Shown: in pieces, positions 31,329-39,927 of the stretch
Layout of the letters: each line of letters opens with the position of its first letter
Position numbering within the stretch: the stretch's first letter is position 1
Source: a virus
Direction: 5' to 3' (one strand)
IMG/VR virus record: IMGVR_UViG_3300028920_000004
Span: 31,765 to 95,764 of that record
DNA length: 64,000 bases
The notes under the pieces: generated by a model
The model's input: only the letters and a program-made list of their open reading frames with translations
Told to the model about the DNA's origin: nothing
Database searches by the model: none
Position numbers and translations under genes: made by a program

Positions 31329-31922
31329 CTAACTTTGTACTAATCCTGATAATGAAAGCACTATAGCATCTGCGGTATCATTTTCAGAAATCTTTAATTC
31401 AAGACTTAATGCTTTATTTACATATTCCACAATTTCTTTTTTCAGTTGATGAGATTTCAGTTTCTTTTTAGATTTTTTAAACTTTACTTTTGCCCTCGCA
31501 GATGTAGGATTTATTAATGTAGCATTATTGGCTATCCTTTTTAATCTATCATAAGTTAATATGCCATTGTAAGATAATAATTTAGTAGTAAATACAGAAA
31601 AACCATAAAAACAATCCTCTATTTTAACAAAATCAAATTTATATTCTTGAGATAATTCGTCTTTAAATCTATCTAATTGCTCGGTAAAAAGGTCAACATT
31701 ATCTAAAGCTTTTTTAGTTTTGCTTTTTGATTTACGAGGAATATTAGGAACTGTTATTTTATGGGTTTTTTCTAATATTACATAAGAAGAAGTAGTTTTT
31801 ATTATAGCAAAAGCAGTATGATAAGTAGCGGTATCTGCCCCTATACTTGTTTTATTAGAATGTAACTTTACCCCAAGAAATTTCTCAACCGATTTTTTAC
31901 TTACTTTTTTTATATATTTCAT
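31329..31922 (-). CDS. RuvC-like Holliday junction resolvase
   Basis: IGADTA..TAFAII, KIED, P...R, NDTADAI. Confidence 0.8.
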   Translation of the reverse strand: MKYIKKVSKKSVEKFLGVKLHSNKTSIGADTATYHTAFAIIKTTSSYVILEKTHKITVPNIPRKSKSKTKKALDNVDLFTEQLDRFKDELSQEYKFDFVKIEDCFYGFSVFTTKLLSYNGILTYDRLKRIANNATLINPTSARAKVKFKKSKKKLKSHQLKKEIVEYVNKALSLELKISENDTADAIVLSLSGLVQS

Positions 31923-33931
31923 TTCTTTTTATTTCCTTTTTTAGGTTTTTCATCTTCATCCAATTCATCAACTCGTACAAACTCTTTGGTTTCCCATATA
32001 TATTTACAAGGAATTTCAAAATTTTTAATTCTTCTTTTAGCATCTCTAATTTTATCTATCACAAATTTCCCATATTCTCCTTTACTATCTTCTTCATAAA
32101 TATATCTTACAGCAAAAGAAGGAAATTGAGTTATCAAATCTTTAGCTAACCATTGACCATTATCTCTTAATTGTACAAAGACTATTAATATGGATTGTTT
32201 ATCTCTTGCTTTATCATTCAAATGTTTAAGAATTTTATCAAATTCCGCATAACTATGAGGACATACCCAATCTAGAATAGTAATAGAATTTTTTTCTATT
32301 TCTACGTCATAAGGGTCAGAAGTTTCGTGATAGAAAAAATCTCCTTCCTTCAATCCTAACTGTAAGCTTGTCTTAGCCCATCTAGACCCTCCCTCAAGTG
32401 AAAGATAATAAGGTTTTATTTTTTGATTAACTAATCTTTTTATAATATTAATACTAATAGAAGTCTTACCTACTCCTGGTGAGGCTCCTATTAATATTAA
32501 ATCTCCTTTGTGAAAATTCATCAAATCATTAAAATATGGCATTTTAAAATCTATAGGAATACCTACATCAATAAGTTTTTCTTTCCATTCTATTTTATTT
32601 CTTAATTTATAAGTTCTTCCTTTTTTTAATACTTTCTGTTCCTTTATAAGATATTTTAAAGTCTTAACTACTCTTTTATTATCTTCTCCTCTATCAGTTC
32701 CTACCACAGAATTAGAAATTTCTCTCCTTCCTGCTTCATCTACATCTCTTAAATAACTCAAAACCTCGTCAGCTAAAGCTTCTTCATCGAATTCTATATA
32801 CTTATCTATCTCTCTAATCATAGCATTAATATCTTTACTTGGCATAGGGTCTTCAAGAAGATGTTTATTTAATACATGCAAAGCATAAGAAGTTTGGTTA
32901 AGATTTAATTGTTTCCTTAAAATCCCTCCTAATTTAATAAAAGAATTATTACAAATACCTTCAAGATTATTATTTTTCAATTTTAGAGGTTCAGAAAAAT
33001 TCTCAGTTTTAATTTCTTCTTTTAAAGTCTCATCTACAGATTTTTTATTTTTTCTTCCAGTTTTTTTAATTATAAAATCTTTTAATTTGGTAGGCATATT
33101 TACTGGAGGAATTAAAGAAGTAAACTTTCTTTCACTATTTGGTAATTTAGAAGGTGGAATTAAACAATAACCGCCATCATTTTCTATATCTATATGAATA
33201 TTTTCTATATCAAAATATGTTTTTGGAATATCTTTTTCATATTTAAAAAATAACTGATACCCTCCCAAATTCTCCATTTTTAAAGTTTTTTTATTTCCTA
33301 TAAAAGGTTTTAAAATGTCATCTACTTTTTTCTCAAGTGCTTCTTTTCTTTTTAAAATTTCTTCCTTTCTTTTTTCATCCGCAAGCCCTTCCCTTATTTC
33401 TTTTTTCTCCTGTTTGGTAAGTATATCTACATCTATTACAGTAATATTACTTATTTTTCCAGATTTAACTCCAATATTCAAATCATTATTTATCCATTCT
33501 TTCCATTCTGATAGTTTTTTATGTGAAGCTTTAGTCCAATTTTTTTCTACTGGAACCTTAGATTCTTTAGCAATAGGAACCAAATCAAATTTATTCATAT
33601 TATAAAAATCTAATAATTTATCTAAAACTTTATCATCTTGTTTGGTATTAATTTTTATTTTAAGTTTTTCCTTAATATCTTGGTAAACTTCCTCGTCAGA
33701 AACTTTTTTATAATTCTCTAATTTCCTAGCTACTTGTAAAAGATTATATTTCTTTTTACAATTCCAACATTGAAAGAAATGTCTATTTGGAAGAAGTATA
33801 GATGCAGAAGGTTTTTCTTCCTTACAAAATGGACATACAAACATATAAGTTTTGCCCATTTTCTTAACTTTTATATCTTGATATTTTAAATATTCTAACA
33901 AATGTTTAGAAATTACTGTTCTATAATTCAC
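31919..33931 (-). CDS. Zn-finger / PrimPol primase / P-loop helicase fusion
   Basis: CPFC...CWNC; NIGVKSG..VIDVD..GGYQLFF..GGYCLIPPS; Walker A GASPGVGKTS. Start reassigned to GTG at 33931 (GGAG at 33937-33940) because the track start lies inside the tRNA. Confidence 0.88.
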   Translation of the reverse strand: MNYRTVISKHLLEYLKYQDIKVKKMGKTYMFVCPFCKEEKPSASILLPNRHFFQCWNCKKKYNLLQVARKLENYKKVSDEEVYQDIKEKLKIKINTKQDDKVLDKLLDFYNMNKFDLVPIAKESKVPVEKNWTKASHKKLSEWKEWINNDLNIGVKSGKISNITVIDVDILTKQEKKEIREGLADEKRKEEILKRKEALEKKVDDILKPFIGNKKTLKMENLGGYQLFFKYEKDIPKTYFDIENIHIDIENDGGYCLIPPSKLPNSERKFTSLIPPVNMPTKLKDFIIKKTGRKNKKSVDETLKEEIKTENFSEPLKLKNNNLEGICNNSFIKLGGILRKQLNLNQTSYALHVLNKHLLEDPMPSKDINAMIREIDKYIEFDEEALADEVLSYLRDVDEAGRREISNSVVGTDRGEDNKRVVKTLKYLIKEQKVLKKGRTYKLRNKIEWKEKLIDVGIPIDFKMPYFNDLMNFHKGDLILIGASPGVGKTSISINIIKRLVNQKIKPYYLSLEGGSRWAKTSLQLGLKEGDFFYHETSDPYDVEIEKNSITILDWVCPHSYAEFDKILKHLNDKARDKQSILIVFVQLRDNGQWLAKDLITQFPSFAVRYIYEEDSKGEYGKFVIDKIRDAKRRIKNFEIPCKYIWETKEFVRVDELDEDEKPKKGNKKK

Positions 33932-33951
33932 TAATGCTCCTTTGCTATATA

Positions 33952-34025
33952 TGGATGCCAAGGTAGGAATCAAACCTACAATGCCAGGCTCAAAACCTGA
34001 AGTGTTATCATTACACTACTTGGCA
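33952..34025 (-). tRNA. tRNA-Gln (UUG) with encoded CCA
   Basis: TGCCAAG-TA-GTGT-AATGATA-ACAC-T-TCAGG-TT(TTG)AG-CCTGG-CATT-GTAGG-TTTGATT-CCTAC-CTTGGCA-T-CCA; full cloverleaf, U1-A72. Confidence 0.92.
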
Positions 34026-34029
34026 ATAA

Positions 34030-34137
34030 TTATACTTTTCTCTTCTTATGTCTATGTTTTCTTCTTCTCTTCCTAAATTTATGCCTTTTTACTTTTCGTC
34101 TATGGGCATTTCTATTTCCTACACTGCCTTTAGCCAT
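34030..34137 (-). CDS. 35-aa basic protein resembling ribosomal protein bS22 (AURKAIP1/COX24 domain)
   Basis: MAKGSVGNRNAHRRKVKRHKFRKRRRKHRHKKRKV*; AAGGA upstream; ends 4 nt before the tRNA. Confidence 0.7.
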   Translation of the reverse strand: MAKGSVGNRNAHRRKVKRHKFRKRRRKHRHKKRKV

Positions 34138-34224
34138 AATTAATCCTTATTTTATGTTTCTTGCTTCCTTAGTAACAGAACCATTCCATCCTATTCTAAC
34201 TTTGTAAACTTTTCTATCTTCATC

Positions 34225-34416
34225 TTATTTCCCTGCTAAGGTTTTACCATATTCACTACCTACCTCAAATCCTTTTTGGAATTCTTTAGTTCCCTTTTCA
34301 ATCATTTCTATTCGGTGTTGAAATTTAACATTGTCTACAAATTGGATGCAAATTCCAGATGCTAATATCATTCCAACAAATACTCCAGATAACATACCTA
34401 TCATAAATTTGTGCAC
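34225..34416 (-). CDS. Small single-TM protein
   Basis: Hydrophobic N-terminus; AGGAG upstream. Confidence 0.55.
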   Translation of the reverse strand: MHKFMIGMLSGVFVGMILASGICIQFVDNVKFQHRIEMIEKGTKEFQKGFEVGSEYGKTLAGK

Positions 34417-34428
34417 TTCTTTTCTCCT

Positions 34429-34647
34429 TTATTTTATGGTGTCCACAAAAAATCCATATTTCTGACCATCTTCATTTGTAATCACCATTTCATATCCATT
34501 AAGAAATTTACCAGTTCCTTCACATGCTTTACAAGTGTAAGTACCTTCTGAAGAAGATAACCATCCTTCTCCATAACAATTTCTACATTTAATATAGTTA
34601 GGGATAATATTTACTGTTTTAATTTTCTTTTTTTCCATGATTTTCAT
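34429..34647 (-). CDS. DnaJ-type zinc-finger small protein
   Basis: CRNCYGEG...CKACEGTG. Confidence 0.7.
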   Translation of the reverse strand: MKIMEKKKIKTVNIIPNYIKCRNCYGEGWLSSSEGTYTCKACEGTGKFLNGYEMVITNEDGQKYGFFVDTIK

Positions 34648-35080
34648 CCCACCAATTATTTACATATTTAATTTTTAAAATTAAATATAAAACTAAAGTT
34701 GCTATTATAGCTACCCAATAACTTCCTATACCTACTAACAATCCTGTAGAAACCATAACCCAAAGTAAACTGGCTGTAGTTATACCTTCTACTTTATTTT
34801 TTTTACTTATAATCACTCCCGAACCAAGAAAACCTATAGAGGCTATAACATAGGCAAATATTCTACCAATATCAAATCTAATTATATTTTTATCAACTCC
34901 CAATTCTGAAATTATTCTAAGAATTTCAAAAACTAAAACCGAAAATAAAGTTGCTCCTACTGTAACCAAAATTATATCCCTAAGTCCAGCAGGTTTGTCT
35001 TGATGCTCTCTTTCAAATCCTACTATTGCTCCTAAAACCACAGATAACAAAATTCTTAAAATATATATCATTAACATCAT
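34619..35080 (-). CDS. mgtC: MgtC/SapB family membrane protein
   Basis: GAIVGFERE..KPAGLR, D..R, IGFLGSG, GITTA..LW. Confidence 0.9.
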   Translation of the reverse strand: MMLMIYILRILLSVVLGAIVGFEREHQDKPAGLRDIILVTVGATLFSVLVFEILRIISELGVDKNIIRFDIGRIFAYVIASIGFLGSGVIISKKNKVEGITTASLLWVMVSTGLLVGIGSYWVAIIATLVLYLILKIKYVNNWWDENHGKKEN

Positions 35081-35089
35081 ATCACTTCC

Positions 35090-36157
35090 TTAGAGTTTAG
35101 ATTTGAGCCTTTTATCTATAAGTAATTGAGTAATCAAATCTACCGCAGATTCTACATCCTTTTCATTTATTATCTCTACTGGAGAGTGCATATTTCTTAA
35201 AGGTATTCCTATATCTAAAACTCTTACCCCATCATTAGTATGAGAAACCATACCTGCATTTGTGCCATAACTATTAGTAGCTATTATTTGATAAGGAATT
35301 TTCTTCTTATCGGCTATAGAAAGTAATAAATTATTTACTGGTCTATATATATTTATACCTTTCATTATAGCACTTCCTTCTCCTAATATACATCTTCCAG
35401 AATCTCTTTCGTCCACATTAGGATAATCTGTAGCATGAATAACATCTACTCCTATAAATAAATCGGGGGTTTCTCTTCTAACCACTTCTCTTGAACCGAA
35501 ACATCCAATTTCTTCTTGTGCTGAAAATATAAATTTTATAGTAGGTAGATTTCTATGTCTGGACGCTATTAATTTTTGTATAACTTTTATCAATGTAAAA
35601 CAACCAATCTTATCATCAAATCCAGAACCTACAAAATTTCCTTCATAAAGTTCTTCAAAACTAGGTTTTAGAATTATAGGGTCTCCTATAGATAACATTT
35701 CTAAAACTTGTTTTCTATTTCTAATTCCTATATCTAAGACTAAATCTGAAGTCTTGCTTGGAAAATCTTCATCTCCTTCCATAAGGTGAATAGGTTTAGC
35801 GTCTACTACACCATTAATTATCCCATTTTCAGTCAATACTAAAGCATTTCTAGCCCTTATTAATTGAATATCATGCCCTCCAATTTGATTAACCGATATA
35901 AATCCGTATTTATTTACATTGGTTACTAAAAATCCTAATTGGTCAGCATGAGCATCTACTATTACAGTTTTTGAAGGTTTTTTTAAGGCTGGAATAGAAA
36001 TTACCAAATTGTTATGGTAATCTATTTCCAAAGTAACAGTAGAAGGTAATATTTTTACTAATTTGTCTCTAATATGATATACCAAAGTTTGCTCAAATCC
36101 ACTCGGAGAAGGTATCTCTATCAAAGATTTTAATAGCTTGGTATCTACTTTATTCAT
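35090..36157 (-). CDS. M42-family (TET-like) aminopeptidase
   Basis: PSPSGFE, DAHADQLG, FDDKIG, QEEIG, DV, PLRNMHSPVE. Confidence 0.9.
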   Translation of the reverse strand: MNKVDTKLLKSLIEIPSPSGFEQTLVYHIRDKLVKILPSTVTLEIDYHNNLVISIPALKKPSKTVIVDAHADQLGFLVTNVNKYGFISVNQIGGHDIQLIRARNALVLTENGIINGVVDAKPIHLMEGDEDFPSKTSDLVLDIGIRNRKQVLEMLSIGDPIILKPSFEELYEGNFVGSGFDDKIGCFTLIKVIQKLIASRHRNLPTIKFIFSAQEEIGCFGSREVVRRETPDLFIGVDVIHATDYPNVDERDSGRCILGEGSAIMKGINIYRPVNNLLLSIADKKKIPYQIIATNSYGTNAGMVSHTNDGVRVLDIGIPLRNMHSPVEIINEKDVESAVDLITQLLIDKRLKSKL

Positions 36158-36178
36158 AGCAATATCTCCTTATAAATT

Positions 36179-36703
36179 TTATTTTTTTATTGTATCATAT
36201 AAGGCTTCATAAATCTCTACAACGCTGGTTATTAAAGTGTCCACACCTTCTAGTTGTCCTTGTAAAACTTTTACAGCTTCAACAGCACTATTCATACAAG
36301 TTTGTTTCATACTTAAATTTTTATCAAATCCTTTACTGTATGAACCACTATTAGTAGAACCAGTCTTATTATATTTTTTAGAACTTTTGTAATTTTTATT
36401 TGAATATCGCTTTGAAGATTTACCAGAATATTTCTTTTTAGCAGAACCTCCCCTAAAAGATTTCTTACTCTTTCCACCTGTTTTACTTATTCTGGTTACT
36501 ATCTCTTCGTCCTCATCTTCTTCCATAGTAACATCTACTCTATCATCTTCCTCTATCCTATTACCAGCAAAATTATATACTGCTTCTGTACAGTCATACC
36601 ATTCACCATCATCTTCTTTTTCCTCAGCTATTTTAGCTTTATATATTACTTCTCCAGTATCTTCATCATCCGTTTTCCATACTGTTTTAAAATATCCCTT
36701 CAT
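36179..36703 (-). CDS. Hypothetical protein, possible ssDNA-binding protein
   Basis: Acidic OB-like N-terminus, Gly/Ser/Lys-rich linker, C-terminal QTCMNSA helix; lies in the replication block. Confidence 0.4.
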   Translation of the reverse strand: MKGYFKTVWKTDDEDTGEVIYKAKIAEEKEDDGEWYDCTEAVYNFAGNRIEEDDRVDVTMEEDEDEEIVTRISKTGGKSKKSFRGGSAKKKYSGKSSKRYSNKNYKSSKKYNKTGSTNSGSYSKGFDKNLSMKQTCMNSAVEAVKVLQGQLEGVDTLITSVVEIYEALYDTIKK

Positions 36704-36736
36704 AATTTCCTCCTTGATATAGGTTTAAATACCTGT

Positions 36737-37105
36737 TTATTGCTTATTAGGGTTTATATTTTCGTCCTTTTTAATTTTTTTGGGTATAGGTACTCCAATA
36801 AAATGCCCTGCACCATCATAGTGCCATCTATGCCCTTTATCCTTATCTAATTTAAACTTTTTAAATGTTTTTTGTAGTAATGTATTAATTTTATCAAAAA
36901 GATTTTTATCTCTCTTTTGATAATCCATAACTTTAGCTTTAGCTTCATCTAACTTATTTAAAAGATTAGTAACTTGTAAAGAAAACCTAGCAACATTCTG
37001 AGCATATTCATTTCTTTGTTTTATCATTTCCTGAATCTTTTTATTATATTTCTCAGGAATCTCTTTAACTCTTTGCTGTTCTTCTTTTCTTTTTTCTTCT
37101 GCCAT
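36737..37105 (-). CDS. Hypothetical coiled-coil protein
   Basis: ORF with GGAGG upstream. Confidence 0.55.
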   Translation of the reverse strand: MAEEKRKEEQQRVKEIPEKYNKKIQEMIKQRNEYAQNVARFSLQVTNLLNKLDEAKAKVMDYQKRDKNLFDKINTLLQKTFKKFKLDKDKGHRWHYDGAGHFIGVPIPKKIKKDENINPNKQ

Positions 37106-37952
37106 TTTCTTTCCTCCTTTTATTTTTTTTATATTCTACATATTTATTATAATCTATAGTTTTATCTCTATCAGTATATATCTTTCTAAGTTTTTCTTTT
37201 AGTCCTTTATAAGGTATAAATATTAAATCTCCTTTCTTAGTTTTATTTTTAAGCTTGTCAAAAGTTTTTGTTAAAGTTCCTTCTACCCATTCTGGTAACT
37301 CTATCAAAGATACTATCATTTTTCTCTTTTCAAAATCTCCTGATGAAAGTATTGGACTTTCTAATCCATCCGACGCTTCTTTTTCTACTTTTTTTGCCAA
37401 TATCTTATAAGGATTATCTATTATTTTATAACCGCCCTTACCGCCTTTATATTTTATAAGCGGAGAATATAATTTAACATTTGGGTATATAGCTAATTGT
37501 TCCATATCAGCATCAGAGGTAACTAATATTACTTCACTATCTTTAAAAACTCTACTACCAACCGCCATCCAATCATCCGCTTCTATATGATTTTTCCTTA
37601 ATGTTTGCCATCCAGTTCCATCTGATACTGCTATCAGCAAACTATTAAATTTTTTCCACATTTCTTGCCAAGGAATATCTTCAAAACTTTCTCTAAATTG
37701 TTTTCTTCCTTTTTTATATTCTTCTGGAGCAATATCTTTTCGCCAACTATGTCTACCATCACAAGCAAGGAAAATCTTATCTTCTTTATTAATACCTATT
37801 CTTCTTAGAGAAGCTATTATCATATTTAAACAAGTATACTCTGGAGGAATAGCTTTATTATTCCTCCAAGAAAAAATTGCTCGATGAACAAATACCGACC
37901 AATCTATAAAAATAACTTTAAAATTATTATTCTGTATAGTTTCCATAATCAA
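37065..37952 (-). CDS. 5'-3' exonuclease / T4 RNase H-like flap nuclease
   Basis: FIDWS, CDGRHSWRK, YKKGR, EADD, TSDADMEQL. Confidence 0.9.
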   Translation of the reverse strand: MIMETIQNNNFKVIFIDWSVFVHRAIFSWRNNKAIPPEYTCLNMIIASLRRIGINKEDKIFLACDGRHSWRKDIAPEEYKKGRKQFRESFEDIPWQEMWKKFNSLLIAVSDGTGWQTLRKNHIEADDWMAVGSRVFKDSEVILVTSDADMEQLAIYPNVKLYSPLIKYKGGKGGYKIIDNPYKILAKKVEKEASDGLESPILSSGDFEKRKMIVSLIELPEWVEGTLTKTFDKLKNKTKKGDLIFIPYKGLKEKLRKIYTDRDKTIDYNKYVEYKKNKRRKENGRRKKKRRTAKS

Positions 37953-38124
37953 AATAATCCGTATCTTCTTTTATAAGTTTATAACAATTTTTATGGTAAA
38001 AATCCCCATTCAATACCTTATATTTATCATAAATTGTAATTGGCTCTTTACAATACAAACAAAATCCTAAAATTTCATCTGAACTGTATTCCTTTGTGTC
38101 CATGTTTTGCTCCTTTGCTACTTG

Positions 38125-38712
38125 TTATTTTTTATCAAATACTTCTTCTACAATAAATGGATAATCATCCAACTTTTTAGGCAATAAACCTTTCTCTATA
38201 TCTATCTTGGTTTGAACTATTCCTATTAAATTCCATAGAATTGCAGAAGCGTGGTCTTCATCTTCTTTTCCATCCATTTCTGCCCATAAATGCCTCATAG
38301 TAGAATCAAAATATCTACTTACAGGTTGTCCTTTTCTCCAATTATTTTTATCATATTTTTTTGCTCCATTTTCATAATGAATAGCCAATCTTTTCATTAC
38401 CGCAGAATAAGAACCATTTTCTATTTCTTGTATATATTCCATAATACTATTTATACAATCATAAACAATAGATAATTCAATATCTATATTTCTTTTTTGT
38501 TGTATTGTTGTAAAATTTAGTAATAGTTGTTCTAAATGATATAAAAAAACATTCTTATAAATTCCTTTCTTATTATAAAAAAAAGCCCTCTTCAGAACTT
38601 CTCCTGCAATAAGATGGGGCATACCTTTACCCTCGGAAGTATCTCTTACACTTCCAGTATCAAAAGATTGTCTTTTTCCAGAATCTTGTACTTTGTTAAA
38701 TTTCTTTTTCAT
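38125..38712 (-). CDS. dATP/dGTP diphosphohydrolase-domain protein (DUF5664-like)
   Basis: DSGKRQSFDTGSVRD...GAKKYDKNNWRKG...STMRHL...DEDHASAILWN. Confidence 0.85.
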   Translation of the reverse strand: MKKKFNKVQDSGKRQSFDTGSVRDTSEGKGMPHLIAGEVLKRAFFYNKKGIYKNVFLYHLEQLLLNFTTIQQKRNIDIELSIVYDCINSIMEYIQEIENGSYSAVMKRLAIHYENGAKKYDKNNWRKGQPVSRYFDSTMRHLWAEMDGKEDEDHASAILWNLIGIVQTKIDIEKGLLPKKLDDYPFIVEEVFDKK

Positions 38713-38715
38713 ATC

Positions 38716-39324
38716 TTAATCCCTTTCTACTAATTTTTTGTTACATATTCCACAAATCAAATTTACTGGTTTATAATGAGAAATTTTTAAACCACAAGTT
38801 TCACACATATATTTATATATTTTTTTCTTAGGATTTTTACTAAGATTTGTGATACTTTTTCTATAATATTCAAAAGCTTTGTCATTAATTTTAAATTTTT
38901 TTATTAAATTTTTTGTTTCTGGTTTTAAAGTAGTTACTGACCATCCTATAGTTTTTTCTTTTTTTATAATTAACCCTCTTTCTTCACCTTCTTGTTTGAA
39001 TTTTTTGTTATGATATACCCCATTATTAGAAGTATCTTTAATATTATTTAACGAGCAATATAAATGTACCATTTCATGTAATATAGTAGTTACAATTTCG
39101 TCTATGGTTCTGTTAAGATATTCTCCACTTAAAGTTATCTCATATCGTTTATCTTTATCTTTTGTTTTATTATTCCAAATAGGATGATTAGAACAAGTAC
39201 CTAAAATATATTTTTTAGTTTTGGATTGAATTAAAATTATAGGAGTTACTAATTTATTATTATAAAAATTTCTATTAAATTCATCAAAAATTTTATAACT
39301 TTCTTTAATAGCTTTTTGTATCAT
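38716..39324 (-). CDS. SprT-like metalloprotease
   Basis: LHEMVH...YHNKKF; C-terminal CETC...CGIC. Confidence 0.85.
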   Translation of the reverse strand: MIQKAIKESYKIFDEFNRNFYNNKLVTPIILIQSKTKKYILGTCSNHPIWNNKTKDKDKRYEITLSGEYLNRTIDEIVTTILHEMVHLYCSLNNIKDTSNNGVYHNKKFKQEGEERGLIIKKEKTIGWSVTTLKPETKNLIKKFKINDKAFEYYRKSITNLSKNPKKKIYKYMCETCGLKISHYKPVNLICGICNKKLVERD

Positions 39325-39917
39325 TACTTTCTCCCCTGTTCTATTGATACTCCATATTTATTTTCTATAAAATTAAGATAATCCCCTATACTTCTAAAAA
39401 TATATCCACCGCTTCCATGAATACACTGTAAAAGACTTTTTTTCATATTTTTAACAATTTCTTCTTCAGTATAATCTGTTATCATATATACTGGAGTTTC
39501 TCTATCAAAAGATTTAAAAGCCTCACCAAAAGAACCGCAACATTTATCGTTTTTATTATAAGCAAAAGTAACCCAATCTGACATTTTAACATAATCAAAA
39601 TCTCCAGGAATATGTATTAATCCATATTTTTTATCTATAAGGTATTTACCTTTCCAAATCAATCTACTAAAATCTTTAAATTCAGAAACTTTATTTTCTT
39701 TTATCAATTGATTCATTTGCTGTTTAGCTTTATCTGTAGAAATATTTATTTTATATTTTTCCAATTGAACAGGATTAATAGGATATACTAATCTAGATTT
39801 AAGCTCTTTTTCTAAAGTTTCTCTTTTACTGCTCCCATCATCTCCTTCGGCAGGAGCTTCCATAGCCCCTATAAGATAAGTAATATATTTATAATCTTCT
39901 AATTTTATTTTTCCCAT
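39324..39917 (-). CDS. Nucleoside 2-deoxyribosyltransferase-like Rossmannoid protein
   Basis: YLIGAME, INP, D..VKMSD, GSFGE. Confidence 0.55.
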   Translation of the reverse strand: MGKIKLEDYKYITYLIGAMEAPAEGDDGSSKRETLEKELKSRLVYPINPVQLEKYKINISTDKAKQQMNQLIKENKVSEFKDFSRLIWKGKYLIDKKYGLIHIPGDFDYVKMSDWVTFAYNKNDKCCGSFGEAFKSFDRETPVYMITDYTEEEIVKNMKKSLLQCIHGSGGYIFRSIGDYLNFIENKYGVSIEQGRK

Positions 39918-39927
39918 TTTATTTCAC

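Noticed and set aside
33932-33973. ORF-track N-terminus MIPTLASIYSKGAL of the primase-helicase
   Set aside because: It overlaps the tRNA 3' end; GTG at 33931 has a well-placed GGAG
17677-38712. A dZ (2-aminoadenine) genome system
   Set aside because: HD, MazG-like and DUF5664-like hydrolases are present but purZ is not in the window; kept only as a weaker finding
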